Source: Parasitella parasitica NRRL 2501 (lineage: Eukaryota; Fungi; Mucoromycota). From it: DNA of 64,000 bases. The position numbers were made by a program, and so were the translations under genes. The DNA lies in contig MU619238.1 of the NCBI GenBank assembly GCA_025201805.1, forward strand, positions 199,970 through 263,969, written 5' to 3'. Positions 37,905 through 51,156 of the stretch are shown here, in pieces. Within the stretch, counting starts at the first letter, position 1; each line of letters opens with the position of its first letter. The notes below the pieces were generated by a model that saw nothing but the letters and a program-made list of their open reading frames with translations, had not been told where the DNA came from and did not search any database.

Positions 37905-38356
37905 TTTTTTTCTAGGAATACGGGAGAGGAAAAGAAGTGTGTAGCGAAATTCAACTTGCTGAAGCAAGACAATGTGTTGTCAAATGAATACGTTTAATTA
38001 CTGTTGGCTCACAGGAGTATATATCTACACATCTCCTTATTCCTCCCCCCCCCCCTCCTCCAAGATAGTCTCTATAACTTTATCTTTCTTTATTATTCAT
38101 TATTCATATATCCCAAACAAACCAAGCAAATACCATTTTATCATATTAAGATTGCAATTATCCGTGTACATCGCTCCTTTTTCCGCGTCTCCTTTCTTGC
38201 CATTTTGACCCTGATTGACATTGAATATTATATACATCTCATAAATAACGTGCACAATATGATTCCCCGTTTTGATTCCATGCAAAATGAACGTAGATCA
38301 TTTTAAAGTTGCTTTATTCTGCATGTGTTGGTATCCTTTTCTGTCAAGCTAATTTC

Positions 38357-38703
38357 CTAGAGATATACACCAGCTGCGTTGGAAGCAAAAATAGCACCAA
38401 ATCCAAGCAAAGTAGATGCTATGGCCGCTGATTGCAGTTGCTGGGTAAGAGGTGTCTTGTTTCCTTGGCTGTGTTGCATGTTAGTATAGAGCGCATATCG
38501 TTGTTTGACAGCATACGTACATGATGAAACTACCGGCTGCCAAGAGACCAGCAGAGATGGTAACCAAGGTAACTAGTGGATATGCAGCAGTTGGGATGGG
38601 TGCACTGATAGGAGAACCAGCCATCCAATCTTCCTATTTTAACGTATCAGTAAAGGGCCTTTGTTCCTGTACGATTTCTTATTCAATTTACGAGTGCAGT
38701 CAT
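38357..38703 (-). CDS. OST5: Oligosaccharyltransferase small subunit Ost5/TMEM258, 3 exons
   Basis: Spliced MTAL/EDWMAGSPISAPIPTAAYPLVTLVTISAGLLAAGSFII/QGNK..IASTLLGFGAIFASNAAGVYL*; two TMs with the family GFG..GVY(V/L) end. Confidence 0.8.
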
Positions 38704-38921
38704 TGTCGGTGAATGTGTAGTATGAATATAAAAAAGAAATGGATACAAATGAAGAAAGAAAAAAAGACGTGTAATGGCTGCAATATTGCTTGTAAAACAG
38801 TAATATGATTGGGCAATGTAGGCACTGCTCACGCTGACGTTCTTTTCAAACACATTTTGGTCTCTCTAATTCCAACCCCAAAAAACAAACTCGACTCTCT
38901 TGATAAACGAACAAACAAACA

Positions 38922-39254
38922 ATGTCAGCCTCCGTAAGGTCTAATATTAGCAACAACAACACTGGAGCACTCATTCAACGTGAAGCGTGGTACCGTAACC
39001 CTACCCTCCTCTGGATCCTAAAAGCAGCAGCTATTAATTTTGTAATGCCCTTTTTCAACGGTGTCATGCTTGGCTTTGGTGAAATTTTAGCAAACGAGGC
39101 CATTTTCAAGTACGGTTGGTTTGGCTATGCTAGACCGCAATTAGGTATCAATGCTATTCCTGCGAGTTCCACAAAAGACTATAGAAAATCTATCGAAGCG
39201 CAAATCAAACACGAACAAAGCAAGGAAAAGGACAAGCTTTTGCGTTTAGATTAA
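38922..39254 (+). CDS. MIM1: Mitochondrial outer-membrane insertase Mim1 (Tom13)
   Basis: AAINFVMPFFNGVMLGFGEILANE..YGW. Confidence 0.9.
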   Translation: MSASVRSNISNNNTGALIQREAWYRNPTLLWILKAAAINFVMPFFNGVMLGFGEILANEAIFKYGWFGYARPQLGINAIPASSTKDYRKSIEAQIKHEQSKEKDKLLRLD

Positions 39255-40342
39255 CCAAAGGACATACGTTTTGCATGTATAGATTATTATACCTCTTTAA
39301 ATAAATAACTTGTAAACTTTTGAAGATAGCAGCATTATTACCGTTTTGCTGGCAATCGCCTATAGATGGACTAATTGTTCATAATCCTATCAAGATATGA
39401 TAGGCACAGTTGATACAGCCAGTTCTTGCAATGAGGCATAGTTAGTTGTATATTGATGCCGACTTTCAGTTGAATGATTTTATCCCTGTGAATTTTTGAT
39501 CAAGCATTATAGATTCCAATCTGTCGTCGGCTTCTTGTGCCTTGGCAACACATTGCAGCTTCTGATTCTCCTCAATATATTTACATTGACGTCTTGGTCA
39601 TACCTCAATCATGTATATTTAAAACTTTAGCAAAACTCTCATTTCACAGATAATATACACGTTTGTATTGCTAACAACTTATTAGCAGTTCTTATTGACG
39701 GCTGATTGAGAAACGTATTGGCATTGACCATTCAACCACCATAAGGTGTATATTTGATCTGGCTACTACCAATATCTTTTGTTCTTACTTGGGCCTACTA
39801 AATCATATGAGTGAATCATCTCCTCGATTTTTTTTCAAGACACTTCTCATCCTGCTTTTATGCAGACTATCGATACCCTACAATGTATGATAGATCACAA
39901 TTTTTACGCACATAAGGATAATGTTAGGTTGCGTTGTGAAATGTTACCTCCATGTCACAGTTTGCCGCTAAGACTAAGTTGTAAAAAGTATGCAAAACCT
40001 TGCAGAGTTGAAGTTGAATAAGAAAAATTGAAGCCGTTTCTTTTGGCTAATGTTTTTGGTCTTATAATGGCTTAAAGTAGTGTCATTTACCAGCTATGCA
40101 TAAACAATACGCAATTTACCTTGTTGAAAACCGTTTTGCATTCGCTTTTTGATAGCCATTCAATATCAAATCTCTTGGAAAATAAAATGAAACAGGCCAT
40201 GGGTAAGGTAATCTACACCCAGCAGCTCCATTGTTTTGTGTGTTAATCTTTACGCCTTCATTGCACATGTCAAGAACCCTAATCAATTCCCAAGATTGCT
40301 CGAGATGAATTGCTATCTTGTGAATGCTCTTACATTACATGA

Positions 40343-41630
40343 TGAGAATAAAATTATCCTTACTATACTTGTGGCAAACGAAATAACGCAAAAGTTCAGA
40401 TATCCAAAGAAGATCACTTTCAGTATTTTTGGTGGTGAGTCATCTCATGCGAATTGGGTTCAAGTAATCATGAAAGAGCTTTCAACTAGGGGGGGGGGAG
40501 GGGCAGTCAGCGATGTTTGTAGCAAAAGTAATATTCTCCAAAACGTGTTGGTATAAAATATATATACATATACATGCATTAACATTGATTTGCATGTATC
40601 TACAGGATAGCCACGAAAAGTTTGGAGGCAACTTTCCTTCTATCAAGACGGTGTCATTTGGAAATGGTGCAAAATACGTAAATGTATTCAAAAAAAAACC
40701 ACCAGACAAGCACCGTTGGCATCTACTAATGCAGGTATCCTAAGAGAGTAATTGGGTCAACATTTGAGCAAGGTAAAGCCAAACCCCGATACATATGCTG
40801 TATTTTACTAATACTAATACTTGGAAGATGGCTCAGGCTATCGGGATACTATAGAATTATTTGGATCAAAAGAGATTGATGTCGCCATATGTGATTATTT
40901 CTGCGCAAGTTGCCAAGAAGCATGCATTACACTGGAGATACCATTTATTGTCACATCCAGTATTGGCGCAAGTCCGGATTCTCAGGCTCCTTCTGTCAAC
41001 AGCAATGCGTTATTCGTCAAAACCCCCTTCCGCGTGTGGCAAGAGAGAAGGACGGTTTCTCCATATAAACAAAAAATACTACGACATAAAAACATCACCG
41101 AGGAAGTAACTGATAAATACGTATTGTTTCAACAAACTTGCTGATGTCTTTCTGAACAAGAAAAGAATATAGGCCTGCCCTCGATGAGGGCTATATTCGG
41201 TAAATTCAGAAACTTTATAAAGCTTATTACTATCAGAAACTCATCCTCTTTTTCTTCTATATAATTTTTTTACAACATAACCATCTCCTTTGTTGGTACG
41301 TATGCAATTACTCTTTGCGCTATTTTTTATTAACGGTCTTAACATTGTGGCTTTCGTTTGGTCTCATAGTTCATTTACTCTATCAGTATCAATAGGTTCC
41401 AACATTGAGTTCAAATTAAAAGTAAATCTAGTGTAAGCAGAGATGCTGATTTGGTGGGAGAAGTTGCTTTTATGCCTCAACAGGCTCTGCTTTTGCATCG
41501 TAGAAATGTAAAGCATGATTTGTCATACATTAAAGCTCGCAATCTAGACGTTTTTGCGTTTGGGCTGGCGGTAATTAGCTGTCAGGAAAAGAATACAGAA
41601 AGTAGCCTCCTATCCATTTCTTTAGAAACA
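40343..41630 (+). pseudogene. Decayed UDP-glycosyltransferase (GT1) gene
   Basis: Fragments KKITFSIFGGESSHANWVQVIMKELSTRG, DVAICDYFCASCQEACITLEIPFIVTS and AFMPQQALLLH lie in different frames with stops; most of the C-terminal domain is missing. Confidence 0.65.
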
Positions 41631-41747
41631 TAACGTTGATGCAATAACAAAAAAAAAAAAGAATTGACAGAGAGGGTGGTTTATCATTGGCATGGGCAAG
41701 TTGAAAAATTGGTATATTGAAAGAGTAAAGAAATGATTGTTTTTTTT

Positions 41748-41783
41748 TTTTGCTTTTGCTTTTGCTTTTGCTTTTGCTTTTGC
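41748..41783. repeat. (TTTTGC)6 microsatellite
   Basis: Direct reading. Confidence 0.9.
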
Positions 41784-42570
41784 TATACTTGATAATTTGG
41801 TAGGAAATTTTTGATATATGCGCCGCCCAGTGGAGAGAAATCATGTATAAGGCAAGCAGCAGTATAAAGCATGGCTTGGTTTGTTCTTTGTTCAAAGCTA
41901 CAGGCATTTGCATATGCCTATTTCTACTAGAGCTTTGAGGAGTGGCACGTGTATGTAATTGATGTATATCCTGAAATTGCATAATTTGGTATGCGGCAGC
42001 ATGTAATCCCAAACTTCGTGCCTGAATACCACTACGCAACATTTTGAGAAATCGCAACAACCCAGCAACAATGAATACAGCGTTAAGCACATGAGAAGAT
42101 AACAAGTATTATGGTCGAGTATTCTAGCTGTTGTTAATTTGTTCACAATATGTCACGCTTGATGGAGCAAGAGATTTACCTCTCGAATTTATATGCAACG
42201 AAAGAGGGCTTTTATCAGAGTCAGAATTTGTCCCGCGCGGTCTTCCATGACCTGCCAAAACCCGTACATTTGCACTCGAATACACTGATTTCTTTATTCC
42301 AAAAAATCTGGACGTTGTCTACACCTAACAACCCCCTTTTTTTTTTTTTTTTTTTTCAGGATTGATTCTAATTCATGTGTACATTACAAAGATGGCCCTT
42401 TTCCCTCAGATCAACCAATGGCAAAAGATGAACAATGTGCCAACACATGTTAAATAGGAAACGATCACATTTCTAATTATCAGGCCCGCCCTTTAAAAGG
42501 CGTTTGATGCTCCTATCCTAGCATTTTTTCCCTCTTTCTTTTCCACACCAAACTTGAATAGCTAAGAATA

Positions 42571-43045
42571 ATGGAAAAGATCAAAGAGGTAAGATTAAGG
42601 ACGACAGGCGCGCAAAGAGAGTAATACTTATTTTTTTTTTTTTCCTCCAAGAAACTTGAAACCCTCAAGAGAGAGGTTGATTCTGCCAAAAGTCGTGCTG
42701 AGGAATTGCAAAACAAGGTCGAGACACTTGAAGCTGAGTCGTCCGCAAAGGATGAGACGTTGAACAGTCTTCAAGAACGCGCCAAGCAGTTGGAAGAGGA
42801 GGTCGACGTTAATGTGGCAAACCTGGAAGACACCACCAAAAGGTAAGTGTAAAGTGTTGCGAGAGGAGACTTCAAAAGCCTAATTTTGCTTTAGCTTCCG
42901 TGAGGCAGACTTGCAAGCTGAACAGCTTACGAAGAAGGCTGTTAAGCTCGAACAAGAAATTGCCGTATGGGACAAGAAGAACGCTGACATGCAAGAAAAA
43001 TATGAAAAAACCAAGGCTGAAATGGACGAGTTGACCAATCTGTAA
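42571..43045 (+). CDS. Short tropomyosin-like coiled-coil protein (119 aa; exons 42571-42588, 42652-42842, 42895-43045)
   Basis: MEKIKE/KLETLKREVDSAKSRAEELQNKV..LEDTTKS/FREADLQAEQLTKKAVKLEQE..EKYEKTKAEMDELTNL; proline-free, with fungal tropomyosin-like termini. Confidence 0.8.
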
Positions 43046-43191
43046 ATGATTCACATCCAGTTTGAACAATTTTTATATAAAAAGGCAATGTTCCCCTATA
43101 TTGTATTGTGTACATATTACGTTTTGCGTGTGTGTGTGTGGGTAACACAGACCTATTTTTATTTCAATATTTTTGCAACAGGACGAGCTTT

Positions 43192-44639
43192 TTACTGATC
43201 AACTTTAACATCGAGATCAGGACCATTTCCAACAGGGACAACTTGAGTGGGATTGATTTGTCGATGGGACATGTAATAGTGTCCCTTGATGTGTTGCATG
43301 TTTACCGTATCCTTGACTAAAAAAAATTGAGACATGTTTAGACATTGTTTTACAAGCAAGCAAGCAAGCAAGCAAGCAAAAAAAATAAAAGAGTCATTTA
43401 CCGCCTGGCTTTTGATAAATGCGACGAGCCCATTTCAAGATGTTGGGATAGTTGTGCTCGATGCTGCCCTTGTTGCACTTGAAATGGCCAAAGTAAACGG
43501 GGTCGAACCTATGCCATTTTCTTAGCAGCTGCTCTCTCTAAAACAGAATGTTCAAGTGTATAGTACCTGACAATAGTAGTGAATAGACGAATGTCGGCTT
43601 CGGTAAAAGTGTCTTGGATCAAGTATTTCTTTCCCTCCAGCATTTTCTCCACGCGATCCAAAGAGTCAAACAAGGGATACACGTTCTTTTCGTCTACAAA
43701 CAAACAAACAAACGAGAGATTCAATCGAGTCATTAATCATGCAAGAGCGTGTACCACTCACAAAATGCGGGACTTACAAGCAGCTTGTGTGGTAGCGAAA
43801 CCAGACTTGTAGACACCGTTGTTGATAGTATCGTAAATCCATTCGTTATTTTCATCAATTTCCTCGCGGAGGGCCTCGGGATAGTAGTTGAGTTCAGCGT
43901 GTTCCTTGCTCAAATACTGATTGAATGCAGTGTTGAACATGCGAATGATTTCGGAGCTCTCGTTATTGACGATGGTTTCCAGCTTCTTGTCCCACAGAAC
44001 TGGAACTGTAAAGCGGCCCTCGTAATCAGGGTTGACCTTGTAGTAAATATCGCGGATATGCTTCGCATTGTTGACTGTATCCGGAATTGCGCCGGGACAC
44101 TCTTCAGCGGTAGAGAACTTCCATCCCTTATCCAGCATCAGGTAGTCAACAACAGAGAGGCCGATTAGCTTGTCTAGTCCCTTGAGTTGACGAACAAGAG
44201 CAGTGCGATGAGCCTAGAAGCGCATTTCTTGGTCAACTTTTCATGCCCAACAGCTGTGTATATGCAAAAAAGAAAACTTACCCAAGGACAGGCCCATGAG
44301 ATGTATAAATGATAACGATCACTACCGAACGGGAAACGTTAAAAATACAACAACAACAACTACGAAATCCAATTGAGAACACACACCCCCTCCCCCTTTC
44401 CTATAAACTTACGGCTCGGCAGAAAACTTTGCGCTTTGATCAGCTTCAACAACATCGCGGAAAGTAGATTGCTGGCGTCTGAATTCGCCATCTTTGGAAG
44501 CCCATTTGAGGATGGCAGGCTTTTCATCAGAAGCAGCAGTGGTAGACATGGTTTTTCTTGATAAAAATGCGGTAAAAGACACAGGTAATTTGTTTGTTAA
44601 AAGCGGTTTGAAAAAGGATACTCTTGAAAGCAAGTGCAT
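43192..44639 (-). CDS. ECM4: Glutathionyl-hydroquinone reductase (Ecm4/YqjG, omega-like GST), multi-exon
   Basis: DGEFRRQQSTFR, RYHLYISWACPWAHR, RFTVPVLWDKK..IVNNESSEIIRM, INNGVYKSGFATTQ, TEADIRLFTTIVR/FDPVYFGHFKCN, HIKGHYYMSH..INP. Confidence 0.93.
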
Positions 44640-45344
44640 AGGAAGAAAATGGAAATTATTTATACCCTTTTTTTTTCTCGCTCTCTTTCTCTTTCTCCCT
44701 TATGGCCTAATGCACGCAAAAGGTAGGACTGGGAATTGCTGACCAGAGCATGAATCAGCAAGTTTTAGCGCCTCAAAATAGCGGATAATACAGCAGCCGT
44801 ACAGTCGTGTAACGAGCGTCATGATGAAAAATGCAGCAGAACAAAAGTGCATAAGAAAGTCCAAGCTAATGGAACACCAAGATTGCAAAACACTCGGGCT
44901 GGAAGTGATTTATTGCATAATCATTCAAGACATGCAGTAATCATTGAATCGCAAAAAAGAAACCCCCCCACCCCCAAAAAAAGCAGCAGAAATACCATAT
45001 ATACACTGCTTGTAGGGGAGTTTGAAGAATGCTCTGCTACAAAATAGTATATGAAAAGCCGTGGGCAGCTCGATTTTGACATTATCAGAAGCTGCTTGAA
45101 GTGATTTCAAAGGCTTCTTTTACAAATCATCTTTTAACGAGCATCTATGCTTGATAGGTAATCGGTTTTACGGGGAGACTACCATGCTGTGATATGCAGC
45201 ATGAAACGTACAAATAAAGCATGCGTACAATAGTTCTCTCAATAGTCTGGCTATTTTGTTTTGTTTTGTTTTTTTTAATTAAAAAGAAAAAAATAGGGAA
45301 ATGCGAACACGCGAGAACAGCACCTCGAGAGAATGGATGAAAGC

Positions 45345-48024
45345 TTAATCTTCGCCTTGCAGTTGAATACTTCCAGAACGACGCGCTTGGTACCATCTCC
45401 AGGCAGCATAGCCGCCGACAGCAATCAAAGCAATAGCAGCAATGGAGCCAGCGACTAGCGATACAATTTCCCACCATGCCATGTCACTACGGTTGTACTC
45501 CTTCTTGGGAACAAGCACACGATCAATTTCAATGACGCCACCGCCTGTGGTTGAGCGGCCGTAGTTGATGACATTGGCGCTTTCTTGGGTAATACTGCCT
45601 TTGACTTTGACAGAGTAACCGCCGATAACATTTCTGCTGATAGTGACGATATTGTTATCATCAAGCAAGGTAGGAAAGTCAATGCCAGTATAGCCAATGA
45701 CTTTGTGTTCGTTCTCGTTTTGTCGCTTGAAATACTTGTCATTTGTGTTTAACGCCTCATCAGGATCAAGAAGAGGTAACGCAACAGGAAGGACGTGCAA
45801 CTTGGCCACTCTCAGGAGCGACTCGCGGTCATTATTCAATGCTGAAAGACCATCTTTGCCAAATGCACGATCGCTAGGGGCCAAGACAGTGTAAGGCTTT
45901 GAGGGATCCAAGTGTTCCAAGACGTCCTTGGCCAAGTCAAAGCGTTCGAGGAGCCTGAGGAAACTGTGTGTACCCTCAGCAGACAAAAGGTTTCTGTTGG
46001 TTACTTCAAGGGTGCTTGGTATTTGGACACGGTCAACGGTGTGGATTACGCCGTTTGACGTCAACATGTCGTTTTTCACGACCTGACCGATGACTGTACG
46101 GTCTGAACCATCAGCAGCACCGCTGCCACGCACAAAGAGCCCCTCGCTGGTCTTGTTGAGATCGATCTCTGCACCGGAAGAAAAGGTGGGCTCACGATGC
46201 TCGCCTTCTTTCATTTCAGAAGTGTAGAATACGCCATGAACACCGTGATAGCTAGTGACTTGAGCTAGTTTGTCCTTGGCTTCAGGCTGCAGCAAGTATC
46301 TTGCCAAAAGACCTAAACGAGAAAAGGCGTCATTGTTGGGAGCAAACAGAGTGATATCATGAGCTTTGGCGATAGTGCTGTCTTGACCTGTGGCGTACAA
46401 GGCAGACACAAACGTTGATAAATCCAAATTGGTGGGCAAACGGCTAAGAGGATCCCGAGGCAATACAAGCGACTCGGAAACATGATAAATGATCAAATTG
46501 TCGCCCACAGACACTGCAAAAATGTTAAATTACAACCTACTTTGATTCTATATACAAAAAAGACGTTAATTACCTGGGTCACCTAAAACAGCTGATCTGC
46601 CAAATTGAATAGGATTATTGATGCCATCTTGATGTACTTTGATACGCTGGTAGGAATTGTCACTCAAGTCATGGTGGGTTTCGGTTTCCAGCAGCTGACC
46701 GTCGTGCAGATCCTGCAGATTCCAGCGGCCGTGCACAATGTGGTACTTGAGCCAGGCTTTGGTGTCTTCTTTTGAATCAGGAAGAGAGATATCGTCATTA
46801 GACGGCGCCAGTATAGTTGTGGTCCTACCATTCCCGTTGTCATCCAAATAAGCGCCCATGTCATTGTCATTGAACAATTTGATGAAGCGAGTACAGTTCA
46901 GACCAATCAAAGATTTACGAACACTTGGTCCCAGGAAATCCTCGTGCTTGGGAAGAATTGGCTTTTCCAAAACATGAATAACACCTGGTTTTTTTTTTTC
47001 GTCAACTAGAGTAAATAAACAAAGCATCCAAAATACAAACATACCATTTGCAGCCAAAATGTCACTCTTGATCACGTTGACACCATTGACTTTGATAGAA
47101 GGTGGCTCCCCTTTCCTGTTTTCGACATAGACTTCAAGGTCCTCCGAGCCTTCAGCTGTCTTGATGGCAGAGTTGCCTTCAGGCAAACCGTCGCTGTAGT
47201 AAATCTTGGTTGCGATTTGATGTCGGAGGATGCGGGACAGATCCTTCTTGCCCTCTGGTTGGTTCAAGTAGCGTCTTTCGACGGGGGAAAGCTTATCTCC
47301 AAACTGATCTCCTTGAACAGCAAAGACAGTGACACCATAAGAGTACTTGAGGCTCTGATTCAACTCTGCAACTTGGCTCATGTTGTAAAAGCCTTGTGTA
47401 TCTTTGTTTGCGTGTAAAACTTGGTCTGATTGTTTCAAAACGTTAATGATAAATTGGCTGCTCATGTATCAATGACCACTACTCACCGACATAAGATGCC
47501 AACGGGATAATCTTGTCAATCGCATGAATGACGCCATTAGATGCGTCGATGTCGGCTTGGCTGACCCTGCTTTGTTCCTGGTCGCCGCCATTGCCAACAA
47601 AGACTCCGGATGTGGTCTTGGCAATTCGGACCACTTGCGGAACTCGGTCAACAGTAGCCTCAGTCTTCAAGAGTCTTCCATCCCATAGTTCGTTGGAGAA
47701 AACAGCCACGGGGACAATGTGGTTCACGATCTGCTGGCTGCTGATTCTACGCTTAAAGATCTTGTCATAGCCATTTGTGTCAAATGCCCTGTTTGTTGGC
47801 GCAAATACAGTGCCTGTCGTGAGATCCTTGAATGGAAAGGTCTGGTTAACCTCTTCAATGTAAGCTATAAACATGGAGAACCTGCTGTCCGTAGTAAGAA
47901 TCTCCCAAATGGACGCCTTGTCCTTGCTCTTGTCGAATGAAAGGCCTGCAGAACATGGGCCGGAAAGGAATGTTGCGATGAGTGTCAGTAACAGCAGCAA
48001 CGAGTATATAGGTTTTGTCAACAT
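45345..48024 (-). CDS. Type I membrane protein with five fasciclin (FAS1) domains, multi-exon
   Basis: Signal peptide; H1 motifs TVFAPTNRAF, TVFAVQGDQF, TILAPSND, TLFAPNNDAF, TVLAPSDRAF; H2 motifs NGVIHxID; C-terminal TM. Confidence 0.88.
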
Positions 48025-48363
48025 GGTTGCGTTTGTGAAAGAAATGAGAAAGAAAGAAAAAAGACACCAGGACTGAGCTGTCTGATGTATATTATGCACG
48101 AGCAAATTAATGCAAACCATGGATCATCATGCATGCGTCATATTTCTCATATGCTGACACAGTGTGGGTGTCTTTTTGAAATAAAAAACCTGCTTTATTT
48201 CCGAGTGGCCAATGCCAAGATTGGAAACCTCAGCATGAACAAAGGGGGGCTAGACACACAAATGAACAAGTGTATTAGAGATTAAAGTCAGATACATGGT
48301 TTATTCAAAGTGAGATTAAGTTGGTGATTATTATATTATGTACATGTTACTAAAATTTTGTGC

Positions 48364-50231
48364 TCAAGTTTTAACTTGGGCAGAATGGATCGACTCGTCG
48401 TCGAGGATCACTTGTTGGCCGTCAATGACACGAACCGGGCCAGTGAACCATTTGCGGCCCCAAAAGTAAAAGTATGTCATTGAGCAAATCATAATGGCAG
48501 CAAAGGGGACGATGGCGTAATTCATATTGTCGGCAGTGATGGGAGCTTCAGTGGGGGTGATGAATAGGGCGCACGTAAAGATGAGCCAGCAGCTAGATAT
48601 AATACCGCAAACAATACTGAATCTGCCAAGGTTGAAGGGGCCAGGCACAAACTTTGAGCGAGACGTAGTGATGCGAAGGAGAATAGGCACCAGATAGGAC
48701 ATTTGAGAGCCAATGGTGTTGACGGACACAATGGCTTCGTACGCGGTACTGTTGATCATATAAAGAATTCCAACGATGCCCGCAACAAGAACATTCATCC
48801 AGACAGCATTGACAGGACTTTGGGTCTTTTTGTTTAAAGTATGCAGTTGCTTTGACAGTGGCATAGCACCGTCACGAGCAAAGGCGTAGACCATACGAGA
48901 GCTGCCTAAAAGCAACGCTGAGCCGCAAAAGAAGATACTGATCATGACAAAGATCAAGAAAACCATGGTCCAAGCGGGACCCACGCCGTCGTAAAAGACT
49001 TGGACCATTTGAGGCTGGATGGCATCTTCGCTGACGATTTGGCGCTCGAAATCAGTGACCATAAAGCTGATGGCAATCAAGAAAAGCAAGCCTGAAATGG
49101 CATTTGCAGCAACGGACACAAGGATGCCAAACGGAGAGCCGCTTTGAGAGTTTTTGGTCTCTTCTGACATATGGGCAGCACTGTCATAGCCAGAAAGGGT
49201 GTATTGGGATTGAAGGATGACGAGCAAAAAGGCAAAGCCATTGCTTCCAAAGCCAGAGCCGTTATAGAATTGCGTGAATACAAAATCGCCAGAAGCCAAA
49301 GGCTTGGTGAGAGCAAGGCCGACAATGACAATAAAGGCAATACCGAGCATGTTGGCAAAGACTAGTGTTGCATATGCGTTTAGTTCACATTGGATTCAGG
49401 GTAAAATGTACAGCTGCACTTACAAGCTCCTTGATTCATGACGCCGTTCCAGCTAACAGCAACAGAATTGATGATGCCGTGAATAATGAGGATGCCAACA
49501 AAAATGCCGTATTGAGCATAGACAGAAAGAGGCTCGCTCTCAGGGTCCCTTAAAAAGGAAAAACGTGTGAGAAAGCTAACATTTAGTGACACTACATAGC
49601 AGCGCAATACTTACCATACTGATACGACACCTGCAATAAATTGAGATAAGCCTAGATCGACCGAGGAGATACCAACTACGTGTACGAAATGGCCAATTTA
49701 ATATCGATGTATTTGTATTATACATTGGCTACTTACAGCATAAGCCAATCCAGTTGCACCAGCCAGTAACCCAACAGGCGAGCGGAACCCAATCAGCAGT
49801 TGCAAGTCGAGATACCCAAAAATAAAGGCCACCGGTTGTAGGATACGCACTACAAATCTCGGCCAAGGACAAGGCAACAATGATGGTAAATATCGAAGTG
49901 ATAATCCAACCGTATATCACACCGACAGAGCCAGCATCGACCATAGCATCGCCCCACATGGGTGTCAAACCTGACAGCACGGAACAGCATGAAAATGCAA
50001 TGGCAAAGTTGGAGAATGCGGAGATGGAACGGTTCAAGTCCTATTATATTACACAAGTTTGTCTTGGAATGAGCATCAATGATTTCGTTTGGGCCGTGTT
50101 TACCCAGGACAATTTACCTGCTTGTAACCCAATTGCTGGAGCAAGAGTTCATCAGCATTCAATTCAACTTCACCGTGCTCGATTTGCTGTGCAGTAATTT
50201 TCTCGCTTTCAGTTTTTTCAGATCTAACCAT
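48364..50231 (-). CDS. APC-family (ACT) GABA/choline/polyamine permease, multi-exon
   Basis: LLQQLGYKQ/..FSNFAIAFS, LSLAEICSAYPTTGGLYFW, GYDSAAHMSEET, SRMVYAFARDGAMP, WGRKWFTGP. Confidence 0.92.
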
Positions 50232-51156
50232 TTAGCAGTAGTTATTTGATTTATGGCACTTGAAATTGCAAGAAATAAATACAGAAGTTGCTAATTTTCT
50301 GGAGTGTGATTTTTTTTTTTCAAAGAGGAGGGAGGTTGGGGGATAAAGGGAAAACAGTCGAGGTATTTATACTTGTACATGACAGGACGCTATACAAGTT
50401 TTTGTGTTTGTGTTTGTGTTTATGTGTGCGTGTGTATGTGTATGTATATATATGTGTGTGTGTGCACAAACTGATATTACAGAATTAACTATCTTATCTC
50501 CCACGGCAAGTTCCATACAATGAGTATCGTCGGATGGTGAATACCGATAACAGCAGCAGTAATAGGCGAAATGTTGATCTGGACACCATGAGCGCTGCAA
50601 CTACAACGGGCTACCTGGCGTGAGATGTACCATAGACATTTGTCATCAATCTGGCCTTATTGGTCGAGTCATCTTCTTTACCATGCTAATTTGGGATTTT
50701 AAAGTTCAATATCTAATCGCTTTTTAAGGCATTTATCTTTATTTTACGATTTAGGGTCATGTGTCCAAGTTGTGTTGATACCCCACATATGCTTTTACCG
50801 TATACATCTAGAGTTAAAATGCCATGGTTGCCTCGCTCTAGTCCAATAAAGGAACCTTTGAAATATACTCTTTTAAGATATGTGAGTATTTTCTAGTTTC
50901 ATCAAACATGATTTGCCCATAATTTGTCAGACAGTGAAATGTGCCCAACGACATTTTACTCACCTTGAGTTCAGCTTAACTTCAATTGCGTGTGCATAAT
51001 TGATATACAATTCCGTTCTTTTAGACGCTTTTATTCCATGGCTAGTGTTTACATTTTTAAAAATAAAAAGTACATGTAATGGATAGATGAATATCCCAAA
51101 GAGATAACACAAGGAAATCAAGTCCGTTGAATGTTACACTCTAATCAAATGTGATA

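Noticed and set aside
50490-50660. Possible TPP riboswitch or uORF upstream of the ACT permease
   Set aside because: The TTGATCTGG resemblance is on the wrong strand and lacks the CUGAGA/P2-P3 core; the 31-aa ORF lies upstream of the TATA box at ~50370
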